Shown here: piece by piece, positions 12,570-23,830 of the stretch
Position numbering within the stretch: the stretch's first letter is position 1
Layout of the letters: each line of letters opens with the position of its first letter
NCBI RefSeq assembly: GCF_052425735.1
Contig: NC_135758.1
Coordinates: 31,310,001 to 31,374,000, forward strand
Direction of reading: 5' to 3'
Source of the DNA: Oculina patagonica
Lineage: Eukaryota
Length of the DNA stretch: 64,000 bases
Notes under the pieces: model-generated
The model's database searches: none
What the model was told of the DNA's origin: nothing
Seen by the model: only the letters and a program-made list of their open reading frames with translations
Position numbers and translations under genes: made by a program

Positions 12570-15160
12570 TTTTTTAATGCATTTACACACAAAAAAAAAA
12601 ATACAGTACATAAACGATACGCTACTTAAAATGAAAAATTTTACACAAAGAAGAATTCAATTACTACTAGCACTATTAATTTAATTTTACAGTGTTTTTT
12701 GTTTTCTTTTTAGGTAAATATAATACAACTTACTGGTAACAATATTTATTATCTGTTAGCTCTTTTATTAATTAAAGAGAATATAAAGTATTAAATTAGT
12801 TCAAAGTTTTCCTTTCGGTGCCTAGCTTTTTTTTTCAGTGCATAGCATATGGTTATTATGATATTAAGTTCATAATTGCAAGGGGTTTTGATAATTTCGT
12901 TATTAAAAAAAAAAAAAAACACACAGAATTAAAAAAAATGGTAATTTGATAAAAGAGAGAAAAACAAAATTACAAAAGATCTCCGTATGTTTCATTGAAC
13001 TTGGTAAGGCTGTTATTTTGTATTGCAATTTCTCTTTGTATATTGATTTTGTCCGTTAAGAGTGCTAAAAAACTGTTAAAACATAATTTTTCATCGTGTA
13101 AGCATTTACAGTATATAGAGTACTTTGCGATAAGAAGAGTGTAGTTTAAGGCGTACATGTGCATCTTGTTGTCGAAAACTCCATATAAAATCATACTGTT
13201 TGATAAGGTGATATTTTCTTTAGTTTTACTGGACCACCAATTTTGAAATAGATTCCAAAAAGATAAAGATAAAGGACAGTGTAAGAACATGTGATCTAAA
13301 GAATGTCTGTCAGTGAGACATTGAGGGCAAATATCATTATCCGATATTTTAGCTTTAAAAAGGCTAACTTTTGTTGAAAGAATGTTATGAATAATCTTGT
13401 GTTGAAACATTGAAATCTTAATGTCATTAACTCGGAAAAGAGTTGTAGTGGGCGAAGTGAATTCACTCCATCACTCCTTCACTCGTTTCCTGTTAGACAT
13501 ATGCACGCAATGCGTGCAAGTGTTTTAAGGCCTCTAGAGAATTAGACCTTTTCTCTGATACCTACATTTCTTGTTAAATTACATAAAATTAACATGCTTA
13601 GTCACCAACCGAAATATTGTATTAATGTCAGTTTTCTTGAAATAACATGATATTTATTCAGCTACATGTATAAGCCGAGACCGTAAACCTTTGGTTTTTT
13701 AGAACCAGTTAGAAAAAAACTAACCCAAAACACTCAGCTAAAGATGAATTGATTTCAGTACGATTTGGTGAAAAAAAATCGCTCGACTTATAGCCAATGA
13801 TATTATTATTATTATTTTTCGTTACCTTCAAATAACAAAAAGGAAAAATAAAAAGAAAGAAATCAATTTGCAACAAATGGGAACTCTATCTCTTGGCCTT
13901 TCGGTCTGCTCTCGATCAGTATTTGATGACAATCAAAGTGAAGCAAACAGAAGTTTGGAAAGTTTAACATCATTTGTATTAGCAAACCTTTATTTGTCAG
14001 TTTATTGTTTTCGATTCTTGTTTCATAATAACTTTTCCGAGTTTAGTGGCTTATAGCCACCTTTAGTTATTCTTTATCTGAAAGGGTAATTTATAAACTC
14101 TGTTTATGTTTGCTTTGTTGAAACCGTACCTTAAAATTTTGCTTTCAGCGGTGGGTGGTAAAAAAACGTTTCTTATCATAACGGAGTAGATGTTTTTGGT
14201 AGAGATTTGATTTGTTTTATTTTCATTTTCCGGCATTTGCCGAAGAGTTCTTTTTATTGCTAGTTTCCAATTAGTTGGAATGGAATTTATCAATCCAAAA
14301 TATAAAGTGAAAGGTGTTTCAAGATGAAAGTTTTCGGAAAATTGATTAAAAGAAAGGAAATTACCGTCGTTTTGAAGAAGGTCTCCAATACGTAGAATAT
14401 TTTTTTCGAACCAGTTTTTATAAAAAAGTGTTTTACCTTCGATTTTTATGTTGCAGTTGTTCCAGATTATTTCATTGTGTGGAAATGTGTTGTTTTCAAA
14501 AGCTTGTTTTGTGCTTTGCCAATGTTTTAAAACTTCGCAATAGAAACTTGGTGGGCGGTTAAGTTGCAGAGAATTGATATCATAGTTGCAGCGCGTCAGA
14601 AAAGACAGTCCTCCATAATTTTCCAACGCGATCTCAGGGATAATCTGCCAGGATGCATTAGTTCTGGTTTGCAAACGAGGTATCCAGGCAACCTTTAAAG
14701 CATTATTCATAATATCAAAATCAGTCATCTTGAGTCCGCCGTGTTTTTTCTCGCCAATAATAGTTGATTTTTTTATCTTTGCGGGTTTTCCATTCCAAAT
14801 AAAGTTAAAAATTTATTTTTCGATTTCTTTGATGAATTTTTCCGGGATAACAAGAACAGACGCATTGTAAATTAATTTAGAAAGTCCGAAAGTTTTAACA
14901 ATGTTTATTTTTCCGTAAAGTGTTAGATTTCTTCTTTTCCAACTGTTAAGCGTCGTTTCTAAGTTTCTGATTTTCTCTCCAAAGTTTAACTCGTTAGTTT
15001 TATTTGTGTCATACGAAAAGAAAATACCAAGAGCTTTTATTGGGTCCCGCGGCCAGCGAAAGCCGAAGGGAGTTTCGGTTTCATTTTTCCATCGACCAAG
15101 CCACATTCCCTCAGACTTTGTGGTGTTAATTTCTAAGCCGGAGAGGTTTTTGAACTTTGT
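12570..15160 (-). pseudogene. L1/Tx1-clade LINE ORF2, 3' part (RT C-terminus and CCHC zinc finger), disrupted
   Basis: SGLEINTTKSEGMW, IKALGIFF, WKRRNLTLYGKINIVKTFGLSKL, GGL..DF..N.ALK..W and CPQC...HSLDHMFLHC motifs; A-rich 3' UTR and poly-T on + at ~12568. Confidence 0.88.
13429..14062. mobile_element. Non-autonomous DNA transposon remnant inserted in the L1/Tx1 ORF2 (Kolobok-like)
   Basis: Inverted aactcggaaaag / cttttccgagtt near both ends and TTAA/TTAG flanks. The ORF2 reading frame resumes on either side. Confidence 0.5.
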
Positions 15161-16380
15161 TAAAGAAAAAAATCGGAACTTTGGTAATACAAGTACAAAA
15201 CGCGCGAAAATAATGTGGAACGTGATCAATAAATATTTATGTAAATTCAGTTTTAAAAATAGAGTTGTAACGTTGTCGGTATCTTTAGAATTTTACTTTG
15301 ATCGGGAAGTGTCTGGTTTCGCATTGGAAAAGCAATTAACTTGTTCTACGAATTGACCAATCATATCTTTTCACTGACGTATCGGTAACACATTAGGTTA
15401 TTTTTCCTAGGTTGTTTATTCGATACAATAATTTCTGGTATCGTATTAAAAGATTTCTCGAGTTGTTTCGACTGTTAGTTCTGTTTTCTTATTCCAAAAT
15501 ACGCCTGTTTTCCGAAGCGAAACCATACCAAACCATACGAAACCATACCAAACCATAACAAACCATGACAAACTTAATGACTTATCTTTTTATTATCTTC
15601 GGTTTCTAAAGATTGTACATTGATATTTACACAAGTGATTGTTCTTTTATTTTAAATATTGTATAATAGTACAATACAACTTGGAATTTATTTGTACACC
15701 AGGAACTTCTGGTAACACCTTTAACTGGACCTAAACTCGTAAACAACTTAGTATTAAAATATGTATTTGGGCGTAACTATGCTAATTTAAAGAACGCCCC
15801 TTCTTCTCCGAAATCTACCTTAGAGTTGTTGTCGGTTTGTTTACATTAGTAATCTGTTTAGTTTGGATTTTTCGGTACAACCTTGTAACTTTAATTTAAT
15901 TTTGTTCTGTAAAATAATTCTTTGTAAATTTTACCTTGCTCGTGTTGTTTTATTTGGACCAGTAATGGTGTGCACGTTAGTTAAAATTACAGAAAACCAA
16001 GTCGAAATTCGCACCTTTTAATGTTTTGGAAAGAAGACCTTCCCGTCCTGACACCTTCTCGTGGCGTGTTTTGCGCATGTCATGACATAGGATTTAATCA
16101 GTAATTTTGACATTTTGGATGAGTGATTGACAGCTAAGCTCTGACATGTTTTTGAACAGTTTTTTAGCACTTGATTTGAATGCAGCGGGCTTTAGTTTTG
16201 AAATTTGCATATTTCTTCTAGTGTGTACAACGAAAATAGAATCAAACAGGATTATTTTCCAAACAATAAGAGTAAGAAATTGCTGAACTAAAATACAAAT
16301 AACATTAAGAATCATAGTTGTGATATAGTTTACAACGAAAACCTGGTGCAGAAAATCTATATCAGTTAATAAACGGAAAA

Positions 16381-16381
16381 A

Positions 16382-16439
<58 letters not shown>

Positions 16440-16440
16440 T
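16381..16440. repeat. (AAT)n microsatellite
   Basis: About 19 consecutive AAT units. Confidence 0.95.
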
Positions 16441-16506
16441 TCCCGCTTAGACGTCTTCCTCTAAGCCATTACCTATAATATTACTTAGGGATAAGTATCC
16501 GTTAAG

Positions 16507-16976
16507 TTAAAAATCGTCCAGGTCTTCCTCGCAAAAAATTCGGGTTGGTGATCCGCTAGGTGAGGTCTTAACAAAGATCTTACCGTCGAGAGTCCAAACG
16601 CTTGTAAGTGTACCATCTCTCCGTCGCTTGTTTGCCTCTTCTACAATGCTTCGCCTGTATGCGGTTAAATTTTCATTGATATAGATCCGGTGTTGACCAG
16701 TCGAAGGGTAGGAAGGGAAAAGATCGGAGATTTTAACTTGTTTTAGCTTCGTGCGCTCTCTGTAAATCTTTGTTTTAATCTTGTGACTGCAGAATTTGGC
16801 GATTATTACTTTCCCGTAGTTCAGCTTGTGGGTTATCTCTATGTCTTCGGGTTCTACAGTGATGTTGAGGGCTTCCGCTACTTTGATAACCACCTCCTCC
16901 GTGTTTACATAGGAGTTCTGTGGTATGCTATGGAATTCGAGCGAATTCTTGCGAGTGTATTGTTCTAAGTTATCAA
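16507..16976 (-). mobile_element. LINE ORF1 C-terminal fragment (RRM/CTD type), 5'-truncated
   Basis: LDNLEQYTRKNSLEF..., DIEITHKL, IIAKF, IYINENLT and VWTLDGKIFVK motifs typical of invertebrate LINE ORF1p. Confidence 0.8.
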
Positions 16977-17455
16977 GACGCCGACCGCTAGTTCACCAAC
17001 TAGCCACCGCCGAAATAAATCGGTTCTCTCGCTTGTACCACTTGTAAACATCCAACGACAACATACATCTGTAAGCCGAAGGAAATACAAATAAGCGAGT
17101 CTGCGGCGTTCCCCTAGTTAAACTAGACGCCGACCGCTAGTTCACCAACTAGCCACCGCCGAAATTTAATCGGCCAACTAACTTCTACCATCTGTAAACA
17201 TCCAACGACCACATTAGTCGAAGGAAATAATACAAATAAGCGAGTCCGCGGCGTTCCCCCAGCTAAACTAGACGCCGACCGCTAGTTCACCAACTAGCCA
17301 CCGCTGAAATAAATCGGCTATCTCGCTTGTACCACTTGTAACCATCCAACGACCACATAAGTCGAAGGAAATACAAATAAGCGAGTCCGCGGCGTTCCCC
17401 TAGTTAAACTAGGCGTCAACAGCTAGTTCATTAACTAGCCACGCCGAATAAATCA
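16977..17455. repeat. ~145-bp tandem repeat (~3.3 units; a further unit at ~12395-12560)
   Basis: Recurrent gacgccgaccgctagttcaccaactagccaccgc...aaatacaaataagcgagt. Confidence 0.85.
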
Positions 17456-18126
17456 ACAACCTTTCCAGCAGTTTCGATAACAGACTTGGGACCGTCCCAA
17501 ATCCTTTCAGCAGTCTCTCAACTTCGCTGTATGAGAAAACCTAAAAGATACGACAGACAAGAAAGTATACAACGAAATGTCAAATAACGTCTGAAAGACA
17601 ACTACCTCCAGCTCTTGAGGTTGAGCATAGTTAGTAGAGGGGGAAAGGGGTAGAGCTCGTCAATACCACCCGCCATCTTGTTTTGCGTTTGCAGGGTCAG
17701 TGTCACGTGATGGGTCAGTTCAACATCAGCGAGCAGCTATTGTTTTGATCCTTTGAAGTTCGCCGAGTTTCCTAACCAGTTTCCCTCTACTAACTATGGG
17801 TTGAGCCGCGTTCTCATTCCCATTTTGGCCAACTGGCGGATTTTCGACTGGTTCCACAGGATCACCGAGTAGCTGAACTTTAGGTTCTGCAGGTTGACCT
17901 TCAGCCACAACGAACTTGTACAAGAAAAATCGCGTGGGTCGTATCTCAATACGAAAAAAAGTTCAACTCTTCGTGGCTCCGCTGAAAACTGAGCTAGAAT
18001 GAATTATTTTCGCGCCAAACCAGAATTTATCATCGGCAGTTACGTGACTGCTCAACTACCCATGAAATACCCATTATTAAGTGTATTTCAACTTCGCATA
18101 TCATTATGAGTGTTATGAAAAGTATG

Positions 18127-18387
18127 CTATTCGCGCCAGTCCCTTACAAGCGCGAGTATAAATAAGAGTCCTGCATCTCATTTTGGCCCAGTTCGCGTAA
18201 GAATCCGGGCTGTTGTAGCCGAGACCTGTTGTTTATTCCTTTCGCGCTTGCCTCCTTTTGCTATCGTGCTTTTTCCTTTCCCCACCCTCCCTTTCCCTTT
18301 CCATTTCCGCTTCCAACTCACTGGAGCGCGGTCGCATATCTCCATCTCTTTAATATTAGCGAGCGTGAAAGGGACTGTCGCGAATAG
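18127..18387. mobile_element. 261-bp MITE with CTATTCGCG(C/A)CAGTCCCTT TIRs
   Basis: 19-bp TIR with one mismatch; TATG on both flanks (18123-18126 and 18388-18391). Confidence 0.8.
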
Positions 18388-18631
18388 TATGCTATTCGCG
18401 ACAGTCCCTTTTACGCTCGCTAATATTAAAGAGATGGAGATATGCTCCCGCGCCCAGCAGTCTGCGCATTACATGGCCCAAAAACAGATGACCCGAGACA
18501 CTGCCAATACTTAAACCCAAGGCCCAAAACTCAAACCAGAAAAATCCTACCAGCTACCCATAACTGAAGACGAAAGGCTCGCAAGACACTAACCAATCTT
18601 GCTGACAAGGTCTTTAACTAGGTTCCAGGAG

Positions 18632-19220
18632 CAAAAGTTTGCTATCCACGGCCTTAAGCTGAGCACTTTTTCACACAGACAAATCATGCAGCAACTGAGG
18701 CCAGACTGCCTTCCCTTGGGTGGCAGAACTAGAAATACTTAAAATCCAGGATAAATGCACATGGCATATAGCACAAAAAGAGTTGGCGCTGGAAATACAC
18801 GAGAGAACCCACTCAAGGGATGGCAGTCTGAGCGTCAGTAATCCGACTAGGGCATTAGACACCCTTTCAGGCTACCATGGGAAGAAAGGAAAAGAAAATG
18901 GCGCGGGACAGGACGCACAATTAGCTAAGCAAAAGTTCGCTATCCCCGGCCTTAAGCTGAGCACTTTTCCCAACAGACAAATCATGGAGCAACTGAGGGC
19001 AGACTGCCTTCCCTTGGGTGGCAGAACTAGAAATACAGAAAATCTAGGATAAATGTACATGGCATAGGACAAAAAGAGTTCGCGCTGGAAATACACGAGA
19101 GAACCCACCTAAGAGATGGCAGCCTGAGCGTCAGTAATCCGACTAGGGCATTCAGGGGACACCCTTTCAGGCTACCATGGGAAGAAAGGAAAAGAAAATG
19201 GCCCGGGACAGGACGCAAAT
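18632..19220. repeat. ~298-bp tandem duplication
   Basis: aaaagtt(t/c)gctatcc...gggacaggacgca occurs twice. Confidence 0.9.
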
Positions 19221-19389
19221 ATCTCAGTAAAATCGAAACGTGTAAAAACTGTGAACTTTACTGTCAAGAAAACCCAAACAGATACATGTATGCCAAAGCA
19301 AAACATGTAAAACAATAGGGCGGCGAAATAACAATGAAAAGAAAAAACAAAAGAAGTTGCGAAGGGGTTGGCAAACAAAAGATAACTAG

Positions 19390-20300
19390 TAAATAATAAA
19401 GATGGTAAATTTTAAGCTCGGTAATAAATAATAAAGATAAGATGTTCTACATGACACGAGCATGGGACAAAGAAAAATTCTGAGTCCCCGACGGGAATCG
19501 AACCCATGGCCTCCCAGAATACCGGTTGGGCGCTCTAACCAACTGAGCTACGAGAGACTCGTTGTGAGCTGGGCCATTTTTACTAGGTTGATATGTGACA
19601 CGCGTCCTGCATACTGCTAGGATCAGCAATGTCGAATTCATCAAGTTTTGTAGTAAATAATAAAGATGGTAAATTTTAAGCTCGGTAATAAATAATAAAG
19701 ATAAGATGTTCTACATGACACGAGCATGGGACAAAGAAAAATTCTGAGTCCCCGACGGGAATCGAACCCATGGCCTCCCAGAATACCGGTTGGGCGCTCT
19801 AACCAACTGAGCTACGAGAGACTCGTTGTGAGCTGGGCCATTTTTACTAGGTTGATATGTGACACGCGTGTCACATATCAACCTAGTAAAAATGGCCCAG
19901 CTCACAACGAGTCTCTCGTAGCTCAGTTGGTTAGAGCGCCCAACCGGTATTCTGGGAGGCCATGGGTTCGATTCCCGTCGGGGACTCAGAATTTTTCTTT
20001 GTCCCATGCTCGTGTCATGTAGAACATCTTATCTTTATTATTTATTACCGAGCTTAAAATTTACCATCTTTATTATTTACTACAAAACTTGATGAATTCG
20101 ACATTGCTGATCCTAGCAGTATGCAGGACGCGTGTCACATATCAACCTAGTAAAAATGGCCCAGCTCACAACGAGTCTCTCGTAGCTCAGTTGGTTAGAG
20201 CGCCCAACCGGTATTCTGGGAGGCCATGGGTTCGATTCCCGTCGGGGACTCAGAATTTTTCTTTGTCCCATGCTCGCGTCATGTAGAACATCTTATCTTT
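19390..20300. mobile_element. Fold-back insertion of 264-bp tRNA-related (SINE-like) tandem units
   Basis: Near-perfect palindrome 19433-20300 centred on 19866/19867; 13-bp TSD AAAAGATAACTAG at 19377-19389 and 20301-20313. Confidence 0.9.
19909..19988 (+). ncRNA. tRNA-like sequence (pseudo-tRNA / SINE head); identical copies at 20173-20252 (+), 19745-19824 (-) and 19481-19560 (-)
   Basis: A box TAGCTCAGTTGG, D stem GCTC/GAGC, B box GGTTCGATTCC, T stem ATGGG/CCCGT and a bulged 9-bp acceptor-like stem. The 18-nt anticodon arm is non-canonical (no U33). TTTTT lies just downstream. Confidence 0.75.
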
Positions 20301-20849
20301 AAAAGATAACTAGCAATATGACACCAAATTAGATGCAAATGACGCAAAATAGAAAACATGACAGGAAAACAACAACAGAATAAAAGCAATAATTAAGGCA
20401 ATAAACGAGGGGAGAATGAGAACCATGTAAATCCAACCTAGACTAGACAGCTACAAAATCTTTAAGCGTGCAAACTCAAAACTTGGAAATTGGGACACTG
20501 AACTGAACTCCACAAACCTATGTTCGGGAGGTGAGACACCACATTGAAAAAGACTCACGCAATAAAATCAAAAAATGGGCGCCTAGGGAATAGCACTGCT
20601 CAAATGCGAAATTTGTGAGGCAAAGTATGCATAACAAAAACATCAAAAAACAACACAGCCAAATAAAAGCACTTCACAAAACCCGTTGTTTGTGAGGCAA
20701 AATACACTGACGAAACATAAGTTTCACCGGAAGGAACGAAACAAACCAAAGTGTACAAATCAAAGGGAAGCTAAAGGAGTGGAAAGCAAAGTACGCAACA
20801 AAAAGCCTCACGGTTACAAGTACAAATAAAGCATATAAGCGTACAGTTC

Positions 20850-22040
20850 CACAGGGGCCAAGGAAAGTTCAGCACAAACCTGGTGTTTGCGAGGCGGAGC
20901 ACGCTGACTAAACAAATGAAAGGCATGCAAAAGGAAAGCACTGCACAAACCCGATGTTTGCGAGGTGAAGCACACTAACATAGGAAATACGCGTCTGCAA
21001 AAGGAAAGCACTACATAAACCCGATGTTTGCGAGGCGAAGCACACCATGATAACAAAAACACGTGTGCAATAGGGAAGCACTACACAAACCCAATGTTTG
21101 TGAGGCAAAGCACACTAACATAACAAATAAACGTGTGCAAAAGAGAAGCACTACACAAACCCGATGTTTGCGAGGGGAAGCACACTAACATAACAAATAA
21201 ACGTGTGCAAAAGAGAAGCACTACACAAACCCGATGTTTGCGAGGCGAATCACACTAACATAACAAATAAACGTGTGCAAAAGAGAAGCACTACACAAAC
21301 CCGATGTTTGCGAGGCGAAGCACACTAACATAACAAATAAACGTGTGCAAAAGAGAAGCACTACACAAACCCGATGTTTGCGAGGGGAAGCACACTAACA
21401 TAACAAATAAACGTGTGCAAAAGAGAAGCACTACACAAACCCGATGTTTGCGAGGCGAAGCACACTAACATAACAAATAAACGTGTGCAAAAGAGAAGCA
21501 CTACACAAACCCGATGTTTGCGAGGCGAAGCACACTAACATAACAAATAAACGTGTGCAAAAGAGAAGCACTACACAAACCCGGTGTTTGCGAGGCGAAT
21601 CACACCAACATAACAAATAAACGTGTGCAAAAGAGAAGCACTACACAAACCCGATGTTTGCGAGGCGAAGCACACTGACATAACAAATAAACGTACGCAA
21701 AAGAGAAGCACTACACAAACCCGGTGTTTGCGAGGCGAAGCACACCAACATAACAAATAAACGTGTGCAAAAGAGAAGCACTACACAAACCCGATGTTTG
21801 CGAGGCGAAGCACACCAACATAACAAATAAACGTGTGCAAAAGAGAAGCACTACACAAACCCGATGTTTGCGAGGCGAAGCACACTAACATAACAAATAA
21901 ACGTGTGCAAAAGAGAAGCACTACACAAACCCGATGTTTGCGAGGCGAATCACACTAACATAACAAATAAACGTGTGCAAAAGAGAAGCACTACACAAAC
22001 CCGATGTTTGCGAGGTGAAGCACACTAACGTAACAAACAA
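20850..22040. repeat. 70-bp minisatellite, block 1 (14 near-identical units plus degenerate flanking units)
   Basis: Unit acgtgtgcaaaagagaagcactacacaaacccgatgtttgcgaggcgaagcacactaacataacaaataa at 21061+70n. Confidence 0.97.
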
Positions 22041-22057
22041 GAGCTCTTAGAGCTTAC

Positions 22058-23227
22058 AACTGCGCTGGTCTCGTGAGCACTTTAGGGGAGCCATGTGGGG
22101 GGAACAAAAAATGCACCCCCCTCCCGTTATCCCCTTTACCTGCGTCGAACAATGTTGCGACTGATAAACAAGATGGTAACAAAACACCTTGCGTGACATT
22201 TCATGGTTGACTAGTTCCATCCGAAATTAAACATTTTTCTTATATGCTAATGGTGGCCAAATTTAATTCCCACGATCCTGATCCGTGAAACAAACAAATC
22301 TTTTAAATCAGCATCCAGTGTTGTATTGAATTTCCGTTTAAAGATTGAATAACTCGCTCCGAAAATGGAATATTGGAGCAAAAAATTAAATCAAATTTAA
22401 GAAGAACACTAGAGCTGCTTTTTGCTGAATGGGAATTCCCCGGGGAATTATTTTACTAATGACGTCAACCTTGCAAGTCAGGGCATGTTTGTCTCAGTGG
22501 TTTTCCTTCAGATTTCAGAAATCCTCTAGATGACACAACTCCAAAAATACATAACGCTAAAAAGTCGAACATTTCACACTGGTTAAGACCAGAGGATTTG
22601 TTTAGTTTCCATTTGAAGCAGATTTAAAGCTTTCAGAGCATTGCGTGATTCTTGCCGATCGTCCTTGTGAAAGTGAAACTTGCCAACGCCAGCACATTCC
22701 AGGACACAAACGTAATGAAAATAAATGTAAATTCTTGCCCGCTAACTCGTATTTTTCTTTCAAAGCATGAAATTTTAGTATTTTCTTTGATTCAAACGCT
22801 TCAAAAAACTTCACACTGTATTTTTATGTAAAGACCAAAGGATTCGCAGATTTAAAAGGGAGCTGATAATAGCTTTGAAAAATTACGTGACGCGAGGTCT
22901 AGCCGATCGAAAGTGAAACTTGTCATATCAGCACATTCTTTTAAACCAACGTAACGGTATTTATTCACAGATTCTTGCCCGCTGAATTATATTTCTCTTT
23001 GAAAGCGTCGAAATTTAGCATTTTCCATGAGTCAAACGCTTCAAAATCGAATATTTCACACTTAACATTTTTTGTAAAGACAAAAAAAGAGAACATGTTT
23101 CCATTTGTTACTGATTTGTAGCTTCTAAACATCGCGTGACTTTAATCTTGACCGAGTGGAGGTCTGCGTCTGGTCACCGACAAAACTAAAAAACCCCGTG
23201 CAGAGCAAGAACTGCGCAGCGCAGTTA
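22058..23227. mobile_element. Insertion splitting the minisatellite; short TIR and an internal ~240-bp duplication
   Basis: aactgcgctg ... cagcgcagtt ends; ~22640-22860 resembles ~22885-23140. Confidence 0.5.
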
Positions 23228-23830
23228 ATAAACGTGTGCAAAAGAGAAGCACTACACAAACCCGATGTTTGCGAGGCGAAGCACACTGACATAACAAATA
23301 AACGTGTGCAAAAGAGAAGCACTACACAAACCCGATGTTTGCGAGGCGAAGCACACTAACATAACAAATAAACGTGTGCAAAAGAGAAGCACTACACAAA
23401 CCCGGTGTTTGCGAGGCGAATCACACTATGATAACAAAAAAACGTGTGCAAAAGAGAAGCACTACACAAACCCGATGTTTGCGAGGCGAAGCACACTAAC
23501 ATAACAAATAAACGTGTGCAATAGGGAAGCACTACACAAACCCGATGTTTGCGAGGCGAATCACACTAACATAACAAATAAACGTACGCAAAAGAGAAGC
23601 ACTACACAAACCCGATGTTTTCGAGGCGAAGCACACTGACATAACAAATAAAGGTGTGCAAAAAGTGATGGGAGCCGACCGACGGGAAAAGCACTTCGCA
23701 AACCCGGTGTTTGCTAGGCGAAGCACGCATAAAATAAACATTTACAACAGTACAAGTGTGCAAACCTAAGCGAGGGAACCGAGGAAAAAAGCGCTGCATA
23801 AACGAGAGATTTGTGAGGCAAATATGACAC
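23228..23830. repeat. 70-bp minisatellite, block 2 (6 good units plus degenerate tail)
   Basis: Same unit at 23232+70n. Confidence 0.95.

Larger units (their letters stand above)
11911..17716 (-). mobile_element. Degenerate, apparently spliced gag-like repeat element (possibly a DIRS/Ngaro-type tyrosine-recombinase retroelement), split by a LINE insertion at ~12565-16976
   Basis: Coding-like pieces at ~17677-17605, ~17540-17460 and 12320-11911 (ENLVERILTYAARPLSEFNKYEVLEMLETLHNKA...RLLGDKDHEKVLDIV). The same ~145-bp repeat lies on both sides of the LINE. Absent from duplicate copy 2. Confidence 0.5.

Noticed and set aside
17726-17923. 65-aa protein-like ORF beside the gag-like element
   Set aside because: Non-ATG start and no recognisable family; probably another TE fragment but unsupported.
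19481-20252. Four functional tRNA-Thr(GGT) genes
   Set aside because: The anticodon arm is 18 nt with a mismatched stem and no U33, the acceptor stem is bulged, and the units sit inside a TSD-flanked insertion.
19447-20286. Identical 65/98-aa ORFs on both strands
   Set aside because: A by-product of the palindrome; no coding signature.
20850-23830. Regularly spaced hairpin-containing repeats resembling a CRISPR array
   Set aside because: The whole 70-bp unit repeats with no unique spacers, there are no cas genes, and the context is eukaryotic.
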